The notes beneath the pieces were generated by a model. The model had not been told where the DNA came from. It made no database searches and saw only the letters and a program-made list of their open reading frames with translations. DNA of 64,000 nucleotides, taken from positions 37,032-101,031 of the forward strand of contig CALRFD010000002.1 in assembly GCA_943356485.1 (NCBI GenBank). The letters are read 5' to 3'. Origin of the DNA: Patescibacteria group bacterium. GTDB lineage: Bacteria; Patescibacteriota; Microgenomatia; Daviesbacterales; UBA10151. Position numbers and translations under genes: made by a program. Below, piece after piece: positions 19,386-32,637 of the stretch (the first letter of the stretch is position 1; each line of letters starts with the position of its first letter).

Positions 19386-21104
19386 CTAATCCTGTGCTAC
19401 CCTTAAGACCTCCTCAAGGGTTGTTATCCCTTCCAGCACCTTTAGGTAGCCATCCTGCTTCATAGTAATCATTCCTGCTGAAACAGCCAGTTCTTCAATG
19501 GCATTTGAGGAAGCATGTTCTAAAATAAGCTTACCAATGGCATCAGAAATTATTAATACTTCATAAATACCAGTCCTGCCCAAATAACCGGTATTTCCAC
19601 ACTGGGGACAACCCTGACCTTTATATAGCTTCATCCCTGCCGCTTGGTTAGCAGGGATAAACTTTCCGAGGTTTTGTTTAACACTTTCTATAACTTCAGG
19701 TGCGGCATTATATTCAACTCTACAATGCTGACAAATTTTTCTAACAACCCTCTGGCCTACAACTGCATTTAAAGCTGAAGTTAGTAAAAAGGGCTCAACA
19801 CCCATGTCTAAAAGCCTGGGGGGAGCGCCTGCAGCAGAATTTGTATGAACGGTGGAAAAAACCTGATGACCGGTTAAAGCTGCCTGAATCGCTAAATCTG
19901 CAGTTTCACTATCCCTAATCTCTCCTACCATAATTATATTAGGATCCTGGCGTAAAAAAGATCTTAAGGCTGAGGCAAAAGTTAACCCTACTTGCGGACT
20001 AACTTGAACCTGGTTAACTCCAGGAATTTGATACTCAACCGGATCTTCAACTGTTAACACATTTACTTTAGTGGTAGAAATTTTTGCCAGTATCGAATAG
20101 AGAGTCGTAGTCTTCCCTGAACCTGTAGGACCACAAATTAAAATTATTCCATGGGTTCGCAGGAGCTGAACATCAAGCGACTTTAATGATACCCCCCTTA
20201 ATCCAAGTTCCAAAAGAGTAGGTGCAGCATTGGTTTTAGGAAGAAGTCTCATCACAACTTTTTCTCCGAATACAGTTGGAACTGTTGATACACGCAAATC
20301 TACTTCACTTTTTCCATACGTAAACGAGAAACGACCATCTTGAGGAAGCCTTTTTTCATCTATTTTCAAAACAGAAAGAATTTTTATCCTGGATACTAAG
20401 GCATCATGCACACCCTTTGGTAGAAGAATTTTTTCCTGCAGGATTCCATCAATTCTATATCTTACCCTAGTTCTGTCCTCCTGAGGCTCTATGTGCACAT
20501 CTGAAGCCCTGGTTTTAATTGCATATTCTAAAAGCTGGTTAACAATATTTGAAACAGGAGCTTCTCTAATAATCTCCGGTTCTGAAGATTGTTGTTGCTC
20601 CGGACTGACGGATTGGACTTCATTTAATGCAGAAGTTACCTCTGAAGTCAAATTTTGTGAATACTGATCACCAATTGCTTTTAGGATATCTCCTTCAAGC
20701 GCCAGAAAAGGCTTAACCCTCATCCCGCTTCTTTTTTCAATAAACTGAATAATCTGAATATCCAAAGGATCCTCCATGGCCACAAAAAGCTCTTCTCCGT
20801 TTTTTTCAAAAGGGATAATTTTATAACGACGAGCCGCAGGTTCAGGGATAAGATTTAAAATATCAGCAGCAATCGCCTTACCCTCCAGCTTAATAAACGG
20901 CACGTTTAAAAGCTGAGCTTTAATCTGAGTGATTTTCTCTATTGGAACAAGGTTATGCTGAATTAAAATTTTATCAGCGCTTTCACCAGTATTAATACTT
21001 TCCAACTTAACCGCAGAAAGTTGATCTGCGCTTAAAAGCCCTTCTTTGAAAAGGATATCTTCAATCGTTACATTAATATCTTGCGAAGCAGTTTGATTTA
21101 CCAT
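19386..21104 (-). CDS. pilB: Pilus extension ATPase
   Basis: ASDVHIEP, PQDGR, GPTGSGKTT, LRQDP, tetracysteine motif. Confidence 0.95.
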   Translation of the reverse strand: MVNQTASQDINVTIEDILFKEGLLSADQLSAVKLESINTGESADKILIQHNLVPIEKITQIKAQLLNVPFIKLEGKAIAADILNLIPEPAARRYKIIPFEKNGEELFVAMEDPLDIQIIQFIEKRSGMRVKPFLALEGDILKAIGDQYSQNLTSEVTSALNEVQSVSPEQQQSSEPEIIREAPVSNIVNQLLEYAIKTRASDVHIEPQEDRTRVRYRIDGILQEKILLPKGVHDALVSRIKILSVLKIDEKRLPQDGRFSFTYGKSEVDLRVSTVPTVFGEKVVMRLLPKTNAAPTLLELGLRGVSLKSLDVQLLRTHGIILICGPTGSGKTTTLYSILAKISTTKVNVLTVEDPVEYQIPGVNQVQVSPQVGLTFASALRSFLRQDPNIIMVGEIRDSETADLAIQAALTGHQVFSTVHTNSAAGAPPRLLDMGVEPFLLTSALNAVVGQRVVRKICQHCRVEYNAAPEVIESVKQNLGKFIPANQAAGMKLYKGQGCPQCGNTGYLGRTGIYEVLIISDAIGKLILEHASSNAIEELAVSAGMITMKQDGYLKVLEGITTLEEVLRVAQD

Positions 21105-21137
21105 GGACAGAATCTCCTTAAATTAGGAGTTATATAC

Positions 21138-21167
21138 ATTATGTCTAATGTATGGTTTATGTGTCAA
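21138..21167 (-). promoter_or_regulatory. Promoter for the pilB operon
   Basis: Minus strand TTGACA-N18-CATAAT. Confidence 0.5.
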
Positions 21168-21211
21168 TTGGAAACTTGAACTATATTTTTACTTATGTTA
21201 AAAACGCATTT

Positions 21212-23894
<2,683 letters not shown>

Positions 23895-23901
23895 TTACCC
23901 C

Positions 23902-25176
23902 ATGAGGATTCATTTTTTAGGAATAGGGGGATCCGGCGCATCTGCTGCTGGCGCTATCGCAGAGTCACAGGGTTTTGAAGTGACAGGTTGTGACAAAGAT
24001 ATTGATAATGAATTTACAACTTCTTTTAAACCAGGACAACTTTTTGAAGGTCACGATCCAAAACATTTAGAAAATACTGATATTTTAGCAATTACTCCAG
24101 CAATAACTTCTTTAGATCCAAGTAACCCAGAGTTAAAGGAAGCAAAGAAAAAGGGAATTCCGGTATTAACATGGCAAGAATTTGCGGGGGAGTATTTAGC
24201 CAAAGACAAATTTGTCATTGCTGTTTGCGGAACACATGGTAAAACTACTACCACAGCAATGATTGCTAAAATACTTGAGGATGCAGATTTAGATCCCACA
24301 GTATTGCTCGGAGCAATCAACCCAAAGTGGAAAACCAACTACCGCCTCGGGAAATCTAAATACTTTATTGTAGAAGCTGATGAATTTAATGATAATTATC
24401 TACACCATTTTCCAGAAATTAGCGTCGTTACTAATATAGAGATGGATCACCCTGAATATTTTAAAGATATAAATGCATATTTAGATTCATATGAGAAATT
24501 TTTATCGCAAACTAAACAAACAATCGTGGCTAATCTAGCGGATACAAATGTTGCAGAAGCTGTAAAGGATGTAATGAAGCAATCAAAAGTTTCTGCTTTT
24601 GATTTTAATAAGATTGAAACAAATTTAGATTTAAAAATACCTGGAAGTCATAATATTTTAAATGCTAAAGCTGCATTTCAGGTAGGTCTTTTGCTTGGAA
24701 TCAATCCTGAAGTTATCACAAAAAGTTTAAATAATTATACTGGGGTGGGAAGAAGATTTGAATATTTAGGGGATTTCAATAAAGCTAAGGTTTACTCAGA
24801 TTTCGGCCACCATCCTACAGAAATTAAAAAAACCATGATCGCAGCCAGAGAAAAGTTTCCTAAAAATAAAATTTATCTATTTTACCAACCGCATATGTTT
24901 TCCCGAACTAAAGCTTTATTTGATGATTTTGTAAATGTATTTAAGAATTTACCTGTTGATGGCACTGTCATCTTGGATATATATCCTTCGAGAGAAAAAG
25001 ACATTGGCTTAGTTAGCTCTGAGAAGCTAGTTAAAGCTATAAATAAAAAATATGTGTATTATGCAAAAATACTTAAAAGGCAGGAGTTTGAACAATATGC
25101 AAAGCCAGGAGATATTTTATTCTTTATGGGTGCAGGCGATATAGATAAGATAGCAAGAGAGTTAGTAAAAACTTAG
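23902..25176 (+). CDS. murC: UDP-N-acetylmuramate--L-alanine ligase
   Basis: HFLGIGGSG, GTHGKTTT, EADE, DFGHHPTE. Confidence 0.92.
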   Translation: MRIHFLGIGGSGASAAGAIAESQGFEVTGCDKDIDNEFTTSFKPGQLFEGHDPKHLENTDILAITPAITSLDPSNPELKEAKKKGIPVLTWQEFAGEYLAKDKFVIAVCGTHGKTTTTAMIAKILEDADLDPTVLLGAINPKWKTNYRLGKSKYFIVEADEFNDNYLHHFPEISVVTNIEMDHPEYFKDINAYLDSYEKFLSQTKQTIVANLADTNVAEAVKDVMKQSKVSAFDFNKIETNLDLKIPGSHNILNAKAAFQVGLLLGINPEVITKSLNNYTGVGRRFEYLGDFNKAKVYSDFGHHPTEIKKTMIAAREKFPKNKIYLFYQPHMFSRTKALFDDFVNVFKNLPVDGTVILDIYPSREKDIGLVSSEKLVKAINKKYVYYAKILKRQEFEQYAKPGDILFFMGAGDIDKIARELVKT

Positions 25177-25973
25177 GTCAAAGAGATTTTCTTTATCTTA
25201 TCTTTAATTTCAGAACCAAAAAATCTTCCCGCAACCTGATAAACTCTCTCTGGTGCATCTGTCACAAAAAATTCTCTAGTGGGAACATTCTTCTCCGCAA
25301 ATAAATCATTTTCTGCCAATATCTTCTTCAACTCTTCTGTGGTTGGCTCTGCCGAATCAATTAAAGCTACGCCTGATCCTAAAATCTGGGCAATTGCATC
25401 TTTTAAAAGAGGATAGTGGGTACAGCCTAAGATTAAAGTATCTACCCCTGCTAAAATAATATTATGCAAATAATCTTCTGCAATAAGTTTTGTAGCCTTG
25501 TGAGAATACAATCCTTCTTCTGCTAATGGAACAAACAAGGGACAACCAACTGAAATAATCTCAATTTCAGGATCGATATTCTTGATTTCTTTTTCATAAG
25601 CGCCACTATTAATAGTTCCGTTTGTACCTATCACTCCGATTTTTTTATTCCTGGTCTGATTAACTGCTTTTTTTGCTAGCGGTTTTACTACACCAATTAC
25701 AGGAACGGGCGACATTTTTTCTATCTCCTCCAGCGCAACGGAAGAAATGGTATTACAGGCGACAACTAGAGCTTTAACATTTCGCTTTAGCAGAAAATTG
25801 GCCAGATCTTTTGCAAAAGAAGCCACAACCTCTTTAGAGCGTGTTCCATATGGAACCCTGGCTGTATCGCCAAGATATATTATACTTTCATAAGGCAGCT
25901 GCCTCACAATTTCTTTTGTGACGGTCAAGCCGCCAATACCAGAATCAAATATTCCAATCGGACTTCTATTCAT
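25173..25973 (-). CDS. murI: Glutamate racemase
   Basis: FDSGIGG, ACNT, LGCTHYP. Confidence 0.96.
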   Translation of the reverse strand: MNRSPIGIFDSGIGGLTVTKEIVRQLPYESIIYLGDTARVPYGTRSKEVVASFAKDLANFLLKRNVKALVVACNTISSVALEEIEKMSPVPVIGVVKPLAKKAVNQTRNKKIGVIGTNGTINSGAYEKEIKNIDPEIEIISVGCPLFVPLAEEGLYSHKATKLIAEDYLHNIILAGVDTLILGCTHYPLLKDAIAQILGSGVALIDSAEPTTEELKKILAENDLFAEKNVPTREFFVTDAPERVYQVAGRFFGSEIKDKIKKISLT

Positions 25974-26021
25974 AGATTTTAATTACTAACCCCAAAGAGA
26001 TATAATACCAAATATTAGGCT

Positions 26022-27380
26022 ATGAACCAAATTAATTCATTTGAAGGCAAAAAAGTATTGGTGTTTGGATTGGGGCAAAATCAGGGCGGAGTAGGGTCGG
26101 CTTTATTTTTTGCAAGCCAAAACGCCCATGTTAGAATTACTGATTTAAAAACCAAAGAAATCCTGAAATCTTCTATCAATCAGCTAACAACTTATCCAAA
26201 TATTTCATATACTTTAGGCGAGCATAAAACAGATGATATCGATTGGGCTGATTTAATTATCAAAAACCCGGCGGTTAAACCCGGTAATTCCTATATAGAA
26301 TACGCTCTGGAAAAAGGTAAAAGAGTCGAGCAGGATATGGGTATATTTCTGGAATTTGTCAAACCCTCACAAATTATCGGCATTACAGGCACCAAAGGAA
26401 AATCTACCACTGCTTCTTTAATTTATGAGATTCTGAAGGAAGGACGGGATACGAACCTGCGAGGTGGAGTTGTATTAGCCGGAAATATCGGCACTAGCGT
26501 TTTAGAATGCTTAAATAGAATTGATGGCGATACCCTGGTCATTTTGGAGCTATCCTCATTTCAACTGGAAGCTTTTGATACTCATAAAGTTTCGCCCCAT
26601 TGGGCAATAATTACCAATATTTATGAGGATCATCTAAATTATTATAAAAATATGGATGAATATATCAGCGCCAAAAAAATAATTGCCAAATATCAAAACA
26701 GCCATGATTTTTTATTTATAAAAAGGGAGGACCCAGTTTTAAATAACCCCAAATTTCTTACAGGCTTAAAAGGACAAACTATTTTTTATTCCTCTACAGA
26801 CTTACCGGTAGATTTTGAGCCAATTTTAAAAGGAGAACACAACTTATCAAATATATCGGCAGCCTTTGCATTGGGCAACAATTTTAACATTAACCCAAAA
26901 TTCTTACTCAAATCTCTTATTCACTTTAAAGGCGTCCCCTTCAGGATGGAGCTAATAAAAGAGTGGGCTGGGTTTAAAATTTATAACGACACCACTGCCA
27001 CTAACCCCAACGCTACAGTTGAAGCTTTAAAAACCCTGGGATCAGAAATTATCCTAATCTGCGGAGGAATGAATAAAAACATGAATTATAGAGAACTTAG
27101 TTGTGCAATCAACCGATATGCGAAAGCCGTTTATTTTTTAGAAGGGGACGTAGCTGATGAAATAATTTGTGACATGGCGGATCAATCTATTATTGAAGGA
27201 AGGTTTAATAATCTGGAGGAATTACTGAAAAAATTAAAAGAAGATATTAGAAAAAAGCCTTTTTATTTCAAAAAAGGAGACATCATTTTATTCTCTCCAG
27301 GAGCCACTTCTTTTAATATGTTCCAAAATGAATTTGATAGGGGTAGAAAATTCAATAAAGCGATAGATTCAATCTTCTAA
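26022..27380 (+). CDS. murD: UDP-MurNAc-L-Ala--D-Glu ligase
   Basis: GTKGKST, ELSSFQL, NDTTATN, SPGATSF..RG. Confidence 0.93.
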   Translation: MNQINSFEGKKVLVFGLGQNQGGVGSALFFASQNAHVRITDLKTKEILKSSINQLTTYPNISYTLGEHKTDDIDWADLIIKNPAVKPGNSYIEYALEKGKRVEQDMGIFLEFVKPSQIIGITGTKGKSTTASLIYEILKEGRDTNLRGGVVLAGNIGTSVLECLNRIDGDTLVILELSSFQLEAFDTHKVSPHWAIITNIYEDHLNYYKNMDEYISAKKIIAKYQNSHDFLFIKREDPVLNNPKFLTGLKGQTIFYSSTDLPVDFEPILKGEHNLSNISAAFALGNNFNINPKFLLKSLIHFKGVPFRMELIKEWAGFKIYNDTTATNPNATVEALKTLGSEIILICGGMNKNMNYRELSCAINRYAKAVYFLEGDVADEIICDMADQSIIEGRFNNLEELLKKLKEDIRKKPFYFKKGDIILFSPGATSFNMFQNEFDRGRKFNKAIDSIF

Positions 27381-27382
27381 TC

Positions 27383-28507
27383 ATGCTTAAAATATTAAAC
27401 ATCTTTAAAAAAGAATATAAAAGCTTAAATTTCATAGAGATTTCAAAAGCAAACCTTATTCATAACTATAACTATTTATCCTCCTTAAATCGCAAGATTA
27501 AAATTGCGCCCGTTATAAAAAGCAACGGTTATGGACACGGCATCGTTAATATTGCCAAAATATTAGCTCCCCAAAATCCTCCTTTTTTTTGCGTAGACTC
27601 ATTATTTGAAGCTTATGAACTACTTAAAGCTAATATAAAAACTCCTATACTAATAACCGGTTACACTAACCCTGAGAACCTAAAGGTCAAAAAACTACCT
27701 TTTTCGTTTGCTGTTTTTACACAGGATTTATTAAGAGCTATAAATGATTATCAGCTGCAGTCCAGGATACACATATTTGTAGATACGGGCATGAGAAGGG
27801 AGGGCGTGAGGGTAGAAGAGCTGCCAGAATTCCTAGATGCATTAAAACAATTTCCAAATCTAAAAATCGAAGGGGTTATGAGTCATCTGGCATCTACTAA
27901 CGGAAAGGGTGATCCTGTTTTTCAAAATCAAATAAGAAATTTTAAAAAGGCCTTAGAGATTTTTAGAAATTATAAAATTAAACCCAAATGGATTCACATA
28001 GCTGCCTCAGGAGGATTAGTAAATAAAGAAACAAACGAAATAGTTTCTCAAATATCAAATTTATCCAGAGCTGGGATAGCTCTTTTTGGACTTGTCGATA
28101 ACAAAAATTTAATTCCTACTTTAAGATTAATAACCCATTTGGCTCAAATCAAAACTTTAAAAAAAGGTGAAACTACCGGATATGATAGCACTTTTAAAGC
28201 TCCTCGCAATTTAAAGATTGGGATTTTATCAATTGGTTATAATGATGGAGTAGACAGAAGACTTTCTAATAAAGGATTCGTAAAAATAAATAATATTTCC
28301 TGCCCGATTATCGGTAGAGTCAGTATGAATATTACAACAATTGACATTAGCAAAATCAAAAACCCCAGGGTCGGGGAAGAAGTAATCATATATTCTAATA
28401 ATCCAAGTGATAAAAATTCTTTAGAGAATTGTGCAAAAATTTGCGATACTATTACTTATGATCTTTTAGTGAAATTGGACAGATCTATAAAAAGAATAAT
28501 CACTTAA
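27383..28507 (+). CDS. alr: Alanine racemase
   Basis: PVIKSNGYGHG, DTGMRREG, GYNDG, GRVSMN. Confidence 0.93.
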   Translation: MLKILNIFKKEYKSLNFIEISKANLIHNYNYLSSLNRKIKIAPVIKSNGYGHGIVNIAKILAPQNPPFFCVDSLFEAYELLKANIKTPILITGYTNPENLKVKKLPFSFAVFTQDLLRAINDYQLQSRIHIFVDTGMRREGVRVEELPEFLDALKQFPNLKIEGVMSHLASTNGKGDPVFQNQIRNFKKALEIFRNYKIKPKWIHIAASGGLVNKETNEIVSQISNLSRAGIALFGLVDNKNLIPTLRLITHLAQIKTLKKGETTGYDSTFKAPRNLKIGILSIGYNDGVDRRLSNKGFVKINNISCPIIGRVSMNITTIDISKIKNPRVGEEVIIYSNNPSDKNSLENCAKICDTITYDLLVKLDRSIKRIIT

Positions 28508-28510
28508 TTT

Positions 28511-29254
28511 ATGTATACAAAGATAGATAATTTACAGGTTTATTTTCAAAAAGTTGGTAGAGGAGGGGATTTAATCATGCTTCATGGTTGGGGACAAGAT
28601 GTCTCAACTTTTTGGCCATCCTTGGATCTTTTAAAAGATAATTTTACTCTTTGGCTGATAGATCTTCCGGGATTTGGAAGATCAGATTCTCCACAAAAAA
28701 CATATGACACAAAAGACTATGCAAAAGTTTTAGCAGAATTTATTAAGATTAATAAAATCAAAAACCCTAATATATTAGGTCATTCATTTGGTGGAAAGAT
28801 AACGATTAAATTTACAGCCCTTTACCCATATTTAGTAAATAAAATAATTTTAGTTGGCGCATCCGGCATTAAACCCGTTCCTTCATTAAGGCGCACTTTA
28901 ATTCTTCCTTTGGCGAAAATTATACATTTTCTTATTCCAGATATATTAAATCTTAAAACTATTATCAGGAAGAAATTTTATAGAAAGATAGAGTCTGACT
29001 ACGAAAACGCAGGACTAATGAAGGAAACACTTTTAAAAACTATCCGGGAGGATTTAACAGAAGATCTTAAAAAAATTAATAATTTAGCCCTAATTATTTG
29101 GGGAGAAGAAGACAGGGCGGTTCCTATAAGATACGGTATACAGATGTATCGGCTAATTAAAAACTCAAAGTTAGTTACTTTAGAAGGACGTGGGCATTTT
29201 TTACATGTCCATGATCCGGAAAGGTTTACATATTATGTCAAGGATTTTATCTAA
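28511..29254 (+). CDS. Alpha/beta-fold hydrolase
   Basis: LHGWG, DLPGFG, GHSFGG nucleophile elbow, D..GH. Confidence 0.9.
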   Translation: MYTKIDNLQVYFQKVGRGGDLIMLHGWGQDVSTFWPSLDLLKDNFTLWLIDLPGFGRSDSPQKTYDTKDYAKVLAEFIKINKIKNPNILGHSFGGKITIKFTALYPYLVNKIILVGASGIKPVPSLRRTLILPLAKIIHFLIPDILNLKTIIRKKFYRKIESDYENAGLMKETLLKTIREDLTEDLKKINNLALIIWGEEDRAVPIRYGIQMYRLIKNSKLVTLEGRGHFLHVHDPERFTYYVKDFI

Positions 29255-30659
29255 AATTTTCCCGCTTTTAGATTATTTATATATTTACCAAATTATGGAA
29301 TATAACTCCTGGGAATTTCTAAAATGGTTTCTCAAAAATCCGTTAAAAAGAAATTTACAAAAAAAACACCACCTTTATTTTAGTAATAAAGCTCTGGCGA
29401 TACTGGTTGGAACTGTTATTCTGGAAACAATTGTTGCAATAATTTTAAATATTAAGCCAGATCATTCAGCTATTTTTTTTATACTATCACTTATTCTTCT
29501 GCAACCCTTAACTCCATTTTTTCTAATCCTTGCAGATTTATTTTATAAACCATTAGAGATTTATTTAAAAAATAATATTTTAGAAGATGCTAAACAAAAA
29601 TTAGAGAATTTACCTTATTTAAAAATAGCCGCTATTACAGGTTCATTTGGAAAAACATCGACAAAGGATATCTTGTATACACTGCTTTGGAAAAAATATT
29701 ATGTTGTTAAAACTCCAAAAAGTTTTAATACCCGACAAGGCATCGCTCAAACTGTTTTAGAACTGGTAAAAGAAAATACTGACATTTTTATTTGCGAAAT
29801 GGGAGCGTACAAAAAGGGGGAGATTAAAAAAATCTGTGATTTTATAAAACCAGATATTGGTATTGTTACTGCAATAGCGCCACAACACCTAGAAAGATTC
29901 GGATCAATAGAAAGTATAGTAAAAGCTAAATTTGAACTACCTCAATCTTTAAAAAAAGATGGAATAGCTATTTTAAATAGCACTTATGCGCAAATTAAAG
30001 ATAATTCATCTAGTGTTAACGCTAAAGTTATTTTCTATGGAAGTGAGGGGGATCCGTTTTACGCCACTAATATTAAAACAAATATTGAGGAAACTTCTTT
30101 CACAATTCATACCCCCGAAGGGAAAACTAAAATTAATATCCCCTTAGTAGGGGAGCATCATGTAGCAAATTTTCTGGCTGCATCCGCGGTTGCACTGCAA
30201 CTGGGTCTAACACTTTCTGAAATAAGAGAGAGAGCCAGGCTATTATTACCAACTCCACACAGAATGCAGATTAAAAAAGTAGGCAATATGACTTTCATTG
30301 ATAACTCATATAATACTAATCCTAAATCTGCAGAGAGCTCTCTAAATCTACTTGCAAGTTTTAAAAAAAATAGAAAGATAGTTATTACACCCGGGTTTGT
30401 GGAATTAGGAAATGAGGCGTCAAGAGCTAACCAAGACTTTGGAAATTCCATTAAATGTATCGCTGATGAAGTTATTATAGTAGGAGAGAATGCTAAAAAA
30501 GATTTACTCGAAGGAATGAAGGCGATTACCCCTCACCCGGAAGATGAGGTGCATTTCGCCAGTTCTACCAAAGAAGCTATCCAGCTTGCACAACGACTAA
30601 CAATGGGCGTAGAAACAGTAGTACTGCTTGAAAATGATCTGCCCGATCAGTATTCCTAA
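29235..30659 (+). CDS. murF: MurF-type Mur ligase with N-terminal transmembrane segments
   Basis: ITGSFGKTSTK, SFNT, EMGA, DNSYNTNP, ENDLP; start chosen at MSRIL. Confidence 0.82.
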   Translation: MSRILSKIFPLLDYLYIYQIMEYNSWEFLKWFLKNPLKRNLQKKHHLYFSNKALAILVGTVILETIVAIILNIKPDHSAIFFILSLILLQPLTPFFLILADLFYKPLEIYLKNNILEDAKQKLENLPYLKIAAITGSFGKTSTKDILYTLLWKKYYVVKTPKSFNTRQGIAQTVLELVKENTDIFICEMGAYKKGEIKKICDFIKPDIGIVTAIAPQHLERFGSIESIVKAKFELPQSLKKDGIAILNSTYAQIKDNSSSVNAKVIFYGSEGDPFYATNIKTNIEETSFTIHTPEGKTKINIPLVGEHHVANFLAASAVALQLGLTLSEIRERARLLLPTPHRMQIKKVGNMTFIDNSYNTNPKSAESSLNLLASFKKNRKIVITPGFVELGNEASRANQDFGNSIKCIADEVIIVGENAKKDLLEGMKAITPHPEDEVHFASSTKEAIQLAQRLTMGVETVVLLENDLPDQYS

Positions 30660-31813
30660 TTTTTTATTCCACCTTTTTGAGCCACTCTGGATAAAAGCCC
30701 TGACTCAAAAGTATATTGAGTTTTTTTCTGATTTTCTGCCCGTTTTAAAGCGTATTCAATTAATTTATCCAAGAGTTTGGGAAATTTAACTCCACTTTTT
30801 TCCCAAAGATAAAAAGCAAAAGACCCAGGAGGAGAATTGATTTCATTCACCCAAAATCTTCCGGTCTTTTGATCTACAAAATAATCAACTCTAGCCACCC
30901 CGTTACCATCTAAGGCCTTAAAAATTTTTATGGTTGCTGCTTGTATATCTTTAGTCAGCTTTGCCGAAATAGGCGCAGGAATAACTCTACTCAAAGAGGC
31001 CATACCAGAGCCCTTACTTCCTTTAGCCTTGCCTTTAGTATATTTATCATCAAAGGATAAAACTTCACCTGAGGTGACCGGCATCTCACAAACAGAAGCT
31101 TCTACTTCTTCATATCCCAAAGCAGAACAATTTACTTCTGAAACATTTTCAAAAGCTTCTTCTATTAATATTTTTTCTGAATACGTTGCAGCTACCTCAA
31201 TTGCAAAATTAAGAGAATCTTCATCTTTTGCTTTATTTACTCCGATTGATGACCCAATCAGTGCAGGTTTTATGAACATAGGAAATTTTAATTCATTCTG
31301 AGTATGTTGTAGAATCGCCTTAGGATCAGATATCCAATCCATTCTTTTTACACTGACATATTTACAAACAGGCAGCTCCAGTTCTTTAAATAAAGCTTTG
31401 GAAAAAACTTTATCCATGGCAATGGCACTGGCTGTAACATTAAATCCGGTATATGGAATCTGGTACATTTCTAAAAGCCCCTGGAGACAACCATCCTCTC
31501 CGAAAGAACCATGAAAAGATAGAAATGCCATCTCTATTGGAATAGTTTTAGAAAATAGATTTAGAGTCTTTAATCCTCCTTTAACGAAAGTAAGTTTTTT
31601 CGAAGAAAGAAGGAGTGAGTCAATATCAATATAATTTTTTAAATGTAAAAATTTGGAATTTGTATAAAAATCTCCCTGCTTACTTACATAAACAGCAACT
31701 ATTTCATACTTATCTGGATCTAAATTTTCAAAGGCCTGTAAGGCAGTCAAAACCGACACTTCGTGTTCGGAAGACCTACCACCGAAAAACAATCCTAACT
31801 TTAACTTTGCCAT
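30656..31813 (-). CDS. ddl: D-alanine--D-alanine ligase
   Basis: GGRSSEHEVS, HGSFGEDG, GSSIG, NEINSPPG. Confidence 0.94.
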   Translation of the reverse strand: MAKLKLGLFFGGRSSEHEVSVLTALQAFENLDPDKYEIVAVYVSKQGDFYTNSKFLHLKNYIDIDSLLLSSKKLTFVKGGLKTLNLFSKTIPIEMAFLSFHGSFGEDGCLQGLLEMYQIPYTGFNVTASAIAMDKVFSKALFKELELPVCKYVSVKRMDWISDPKAILQHTQNELKFPMFIKPALIGSSIGVNKAKDEDSLNFAIEVAATYSEKILIEEAFENVSEVNCSALGYEEVEASVCEMPVTSGEVLSFDDKYTKGKAKGSKGSGMASLSRVIPAPISAKLTKDIQAATIKIFKALDGNGVARVDYFVDQKTGRFWVNEINSPPGSFAFYLWEKSGVKFPKLLDKLIEYALKRAENQKKTQYTFESGLLSRVAQKGGIKN

Positions 31814-31898
31814 CTTAAACATTATACTTTCTATATTCTTCCAAAGTCAAAATGAATCTTTCAAACCAAATTTAAAAAGCATATAATATCAACCTTGT

Positions 31899-32528
31899 AT
31901 GGGTATTGAACTACATGAGGAATCTCAGGACAAATACAATACAAACCTTAGAGCTATTTCGGATAAAAAGGAAATTTTTAGCGCTGGAATCCAAACTTTT
32001 CAAGATGGTGAACCACCTCAATTTATATTTCAGTGGACTATTGGGGGAACGCTTGCAGTTTGTCTCAACTCAGCATCTGATCTATTCTCAAGGCTGGAAA
32101 GAGAATACTCAGCCCCAAGAAAATTGACTGCACCTCGCCAATATCCCTTTTTAAGCCTTACTGATGAGCCATTTCGAGGATACTTAGAAATCGGTATAGG
32201 GATTCATGTACCTATACCTTTTTTTCTTAAAGAGTTAACAGAACCGCATAACGATTCTACTTTTTCGACTATCATACGTACTAAGGCTACATCTGTTTCC
32301 TGGGTCAGATTAACAACTGCTTATTTTAGTGCCTGTTTTGATGGAGGAAACATCCATATAAACAAACAACGAAGAGCAGCAATAGTGGGTCTTGAAAATC
32401 TTGCTGATGAAATATTACCCATCCATACACAAATAGCACCAGTTGCTATCCCTGGCCCAGAACAACGTGGCGTCCAAGTCAAGCTAAACGAATTTTGGTC
32501 TAATTTACCAAAACTAAATCGTATTTAA
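31899..32528 (+). CDS. Hypothetical protein
   Basis: 209-aa ORF filling the gap; TATAAT just upstream; no recognised motif. Confidence 0.6.
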   Translation: MGIELHEESQDKYNTNLRAISDKKEIFSAGIQTFQDGEPPQFIFQWTIGGTLAVCLNSASDLFSRLEREYSAPRKLTAPRQYPFLSLTDEPFRGYLEIGIGIHVPIPFFLKELTEPHNDSTFSTIIRTKATSVSWVRLTTAYFSACFDGGNIHINKQRRAAIVGLENLADEILPIHTQIAPVAIPGPEQRGVQVKLNEFWSNLPKLNRI

Positions 32529-32549
32529 AGTTCAAGAATCTTTAACCTC

Positions 32550-32579
32550 TTGCCTAAATAGGATTAATAAATGTATAAT
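32550..32579 (+). promoter_or_regulatory. gyrA promoter
   Basis: TTGCCT-N18-TATAAT. Confidence 0.55.
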
Positions 32580-32597
32580 AATTTGGAGCCAAAAGTC

Positions 32598-32617
32598 CCT
32601 GCCTGCCGGCAGGCAGG
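32598..32617. repeat. 20-bp perfect palindromic element CCTGCCTGCCGGCAGGCAGG
   Basis: Perfect palindrome; identical copy at 54949, variant at 54239. Confidence 0.9.
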
Positions 32618-32637
32618 TTTTTTTAAGCCCCTAAATA

